Source of the DNA: a virus | Lineage: Duplodnaviria > Caudoviricetes | Direction: 5' to 3' (one strand) | IMG/VR virus record: IMGVR_UViG_3300033067_000833 | Location: 12,344 to 76,343 of that record | DNA length: 64,000 nt | Shown here: positions 62,292 to 64,000 of the stretch, in pieces | How the letters are laid out: each line of letters opens with the position of its first letter | Numbering within the stretch: the stretch's first letter is position 1 | The notes under the pieces: generated by a model | Seen by the model: the letters and a program-made list of their open reading frames with translations, nothing else | Told to the model about the DNA's origin: nothing | Databases searched by the model: none | Program-made: the position numbers and the translations under genes

Positions 62292-64000
62292 CTATCTCCT
62301 AACGATGATCGAGCCGAAAACTTTGCCGTCGCCACTTCTCGCACCACGTCCGAAGATTGGCAGAGCGAAGCCAGTAAATTTCCACCCGCGAAACGTCGCT
62401 GAGTTGTGGTCCTCGTTGTTGCTTGAATCCACGTTGCCGCGAGAGACGTTCGCATCCCACAACGCCCCGCCGCCCGCATCATTCCCTCTCGGGTAACTAT
62501 CGCTGATCGTGCAGTTCGATACCTGATTCGTGCCGGTCGTGTCAATCAGATACCACGGGCTGCCTGCGGACGTGCTCTTGAGCGTGATCCCGGTCCCCGT
62601 GGTGGCGAATGATGATACCGTCTGTGTCGTGCCAGCGGTGAAGTTCACGGTCTTGGGACCGTTGACGGTCAGCGTGTTGAACGTATTGCTGCCGCTGATC
62701 GTGATCTGTTGGGTGCCTGAGGTGTTGGCAACGATGGAGAGGTTATTGTAGGTCAAGCCGCCGCCTGCGAAGGTTCTGGCGGTTGAGTCCGTTGCCGATC
62801 CCATCGAAATCGTCGATGTCTCGCCAACACCGGTGCTCGTCAGATTAGTTGTTGTGGTGAACGTCCAAGCATGTACGTTCCAAGTACCAGATCCCATCAA
62901 GAGAGTCCGAGCCAGTGCCCCTGAACCAACGAACACGAGACAGGAAACGTTGTAGGTGTCGCCATCCAAGGTGCCATTGGAAAGCGTGATCGTGGCCCCA
63001 ACCCCGTTGTCGAGATTTCCGCCGAGCGCCACCGTTCCTCCAACTGCGGCGACGGTGATATTGTCCGTCAGTTGCGAGACTGGATTCAGCGATACTGAGC
63101 CGCGAGTCCCCATCGTCAGCGTGTACGAACTAGATCCAGTGTAGGTGACGTTCGCGGCCCCGATGAACGAGCCATAGCAAATCTGCTGGACGTTGTTGAC
63201 ATGAAACGCCACCGCATCACACCCAGTGAAGTCCACACCAGGCATCCGTGGCATGTCTTGGTCAATCGTGGTCGTGCCGTTGATGCTGCTGCCGTCCACA
63301 TAGAGCATGTCCTGCGGCAGCGGTCCCCGGTCTGCCCCCATCTGAGTGCCGCCGCCTGCTGTCTGGTCGAACCAGTACGCTCTGTCCGAAAGGTTGTACG
63401 TCCCACCTGCTGCCGAGTACCAGTACCAGTCGTCTGCGGTCGTGAAACTCAGCACGCCACCGCCGCTGATCGTGTTGCCGCCGCAGTCGCCTGAACCTCC
63501 GGTGATCGCTGATAGGTCCACATTGCTGCCACCGTTGGCGAAGGTGATGTCGCGGAAGTCTACCGCCTGCGAGTTGGAGATCGTGGCTCCGGTGACGGTG
63601 ATCGTTCTCGCGGTCCCCAGTGTTTCCGACGTGACAAGCAAGCGATTGACACCTGAACCACGCGGCTTGAACTCGCCGGTCACGGTCTGATTGGCGGCGA
63701 GGATTAGTTGTGCGGTTTTGTCGGTGCACCCAGTTGCGTCCACGTACAGATTCGTAACGGTGTTCGCGGTAGAGAGTTGCAACTGACCAGACGTGATCGC
63801 CAGTTTGTCTGAGCAGTTGGCGATGGTGCCTGTGCCGACTAGAATCAGCTTAGATGTTGCTGAAGATTGCGTTACGGCGGTGACGTTAGAACCGATAACT
63901 CCGTAATTTGTTATCGTCCCAGTATTCGTCCCTCTATTCGTGATCGTTCCAGTTAGATTGATCGGACCTGACAGTTCGCATGAAGCAGCATTTGTCCCGT
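62292..64000 (-). CDS. Large beta-helix-like tail fibre/spike protein, 5'-truncated
   Basis: Frame is open to the window edge (GTNAASCELSGPINLTG...); Thr/Gly/Asn-rich. Confidence 0.65.
   Translation of the reverse strand, partial: GTNAASCELSGPINLTGTITNRGTNTGTITNYGVIGSNVTAVTQSSATSKLILVGTGTIANCSDKLAITSGQLQLSTANTVTNLYVDATGCTDKTAQLILAANQTVTGEFKPRGSGVNRLLVTSETLGTARTITVTGATISNSQAVDFRDITFANGGSNVDLSAITGGSGDCGGNTISGGGVLSFTTADDWYWYSAAGGTYNLSDRAYWFDQTAGGGTQMGADRGPLPQDMLYVDGSSINGTTTIDQDMPRMPGVDFTGCDAVAFHVNNVQQICYGSFIGAANVTYTGSSSYTLTMGTRGSVSLNPVSQLTDNITVAAVGGTVALGGNLDNGVGATITLSNGTLDGDTYNVSCLVFVGSGALARTLLMGSGTWNVHAWTFTTTTNLTSTGVGETSTISMGSATDSTARTFAGGGLTYNNLSIVANTSGTQQITISGSNTFNTLTVNGPKTVNFTAGTTQTVSSFATTGTGITLKSTSAGSPWYLIDTTGTNQVSNCTISDSYPRGNDAGGGALWDANVSRGNVDSSNNEDHNSATFRGWKFTGFALPIFGRGARSGDGKVFGSIIVRR

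Overview
The window is about 64 kb of a GC-rich tailed dsDNA phage genome. A phage protein carrying a planctomycete LExLExR-type motif plus a dockerin repeat suggests a Planctomycetota host (inference). Layout: 1-6 kb (-) head and packaging genes (scaffold, major capsid, decoration protein, Acb2/Tad1-like protein, glycosyltransferase-methyltransferase fusion, probable TerS, start of TerL). 6-13 kb (+) HTH, serine recombinase, DNA methylase, HNH and small ORFs. 13.0-13.6 kb is a non-coding skew switch, possibly the pac site or genome end. 15-33 kb (+) is an early/host-takeover region (MoxR ATPase, VWA protein, CsrA, retron-type reverse transcriptase, clamp-loader-like ATPase, methylase, PAPS-reductase-like protein, sigma factor, SNF2-like helicase) whose intergenic gaps are packed with tRNA-like RNA folds. 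33-37 kb (-) recombination genes (RusA, YqaJ). 37.7-39.9 kb (+) replication initiator and DnaB. 40-64 kb (-) virion and tail genes with a glycosyltransferase/methyltransferase cluster beside a tail tube that has a long Ser/Thr-Pro tail. Best leads: (1) a stand-alone retron-type RT whose motif-A catalytic Asp is Asn, downstream of a 780-nt structured non-coding block and a dispersed family of anticodon-less tRNA mimics; (2) a probable virion O-glycosylation system. All calls come from reading motifs by eye; no database search or folding program was run.
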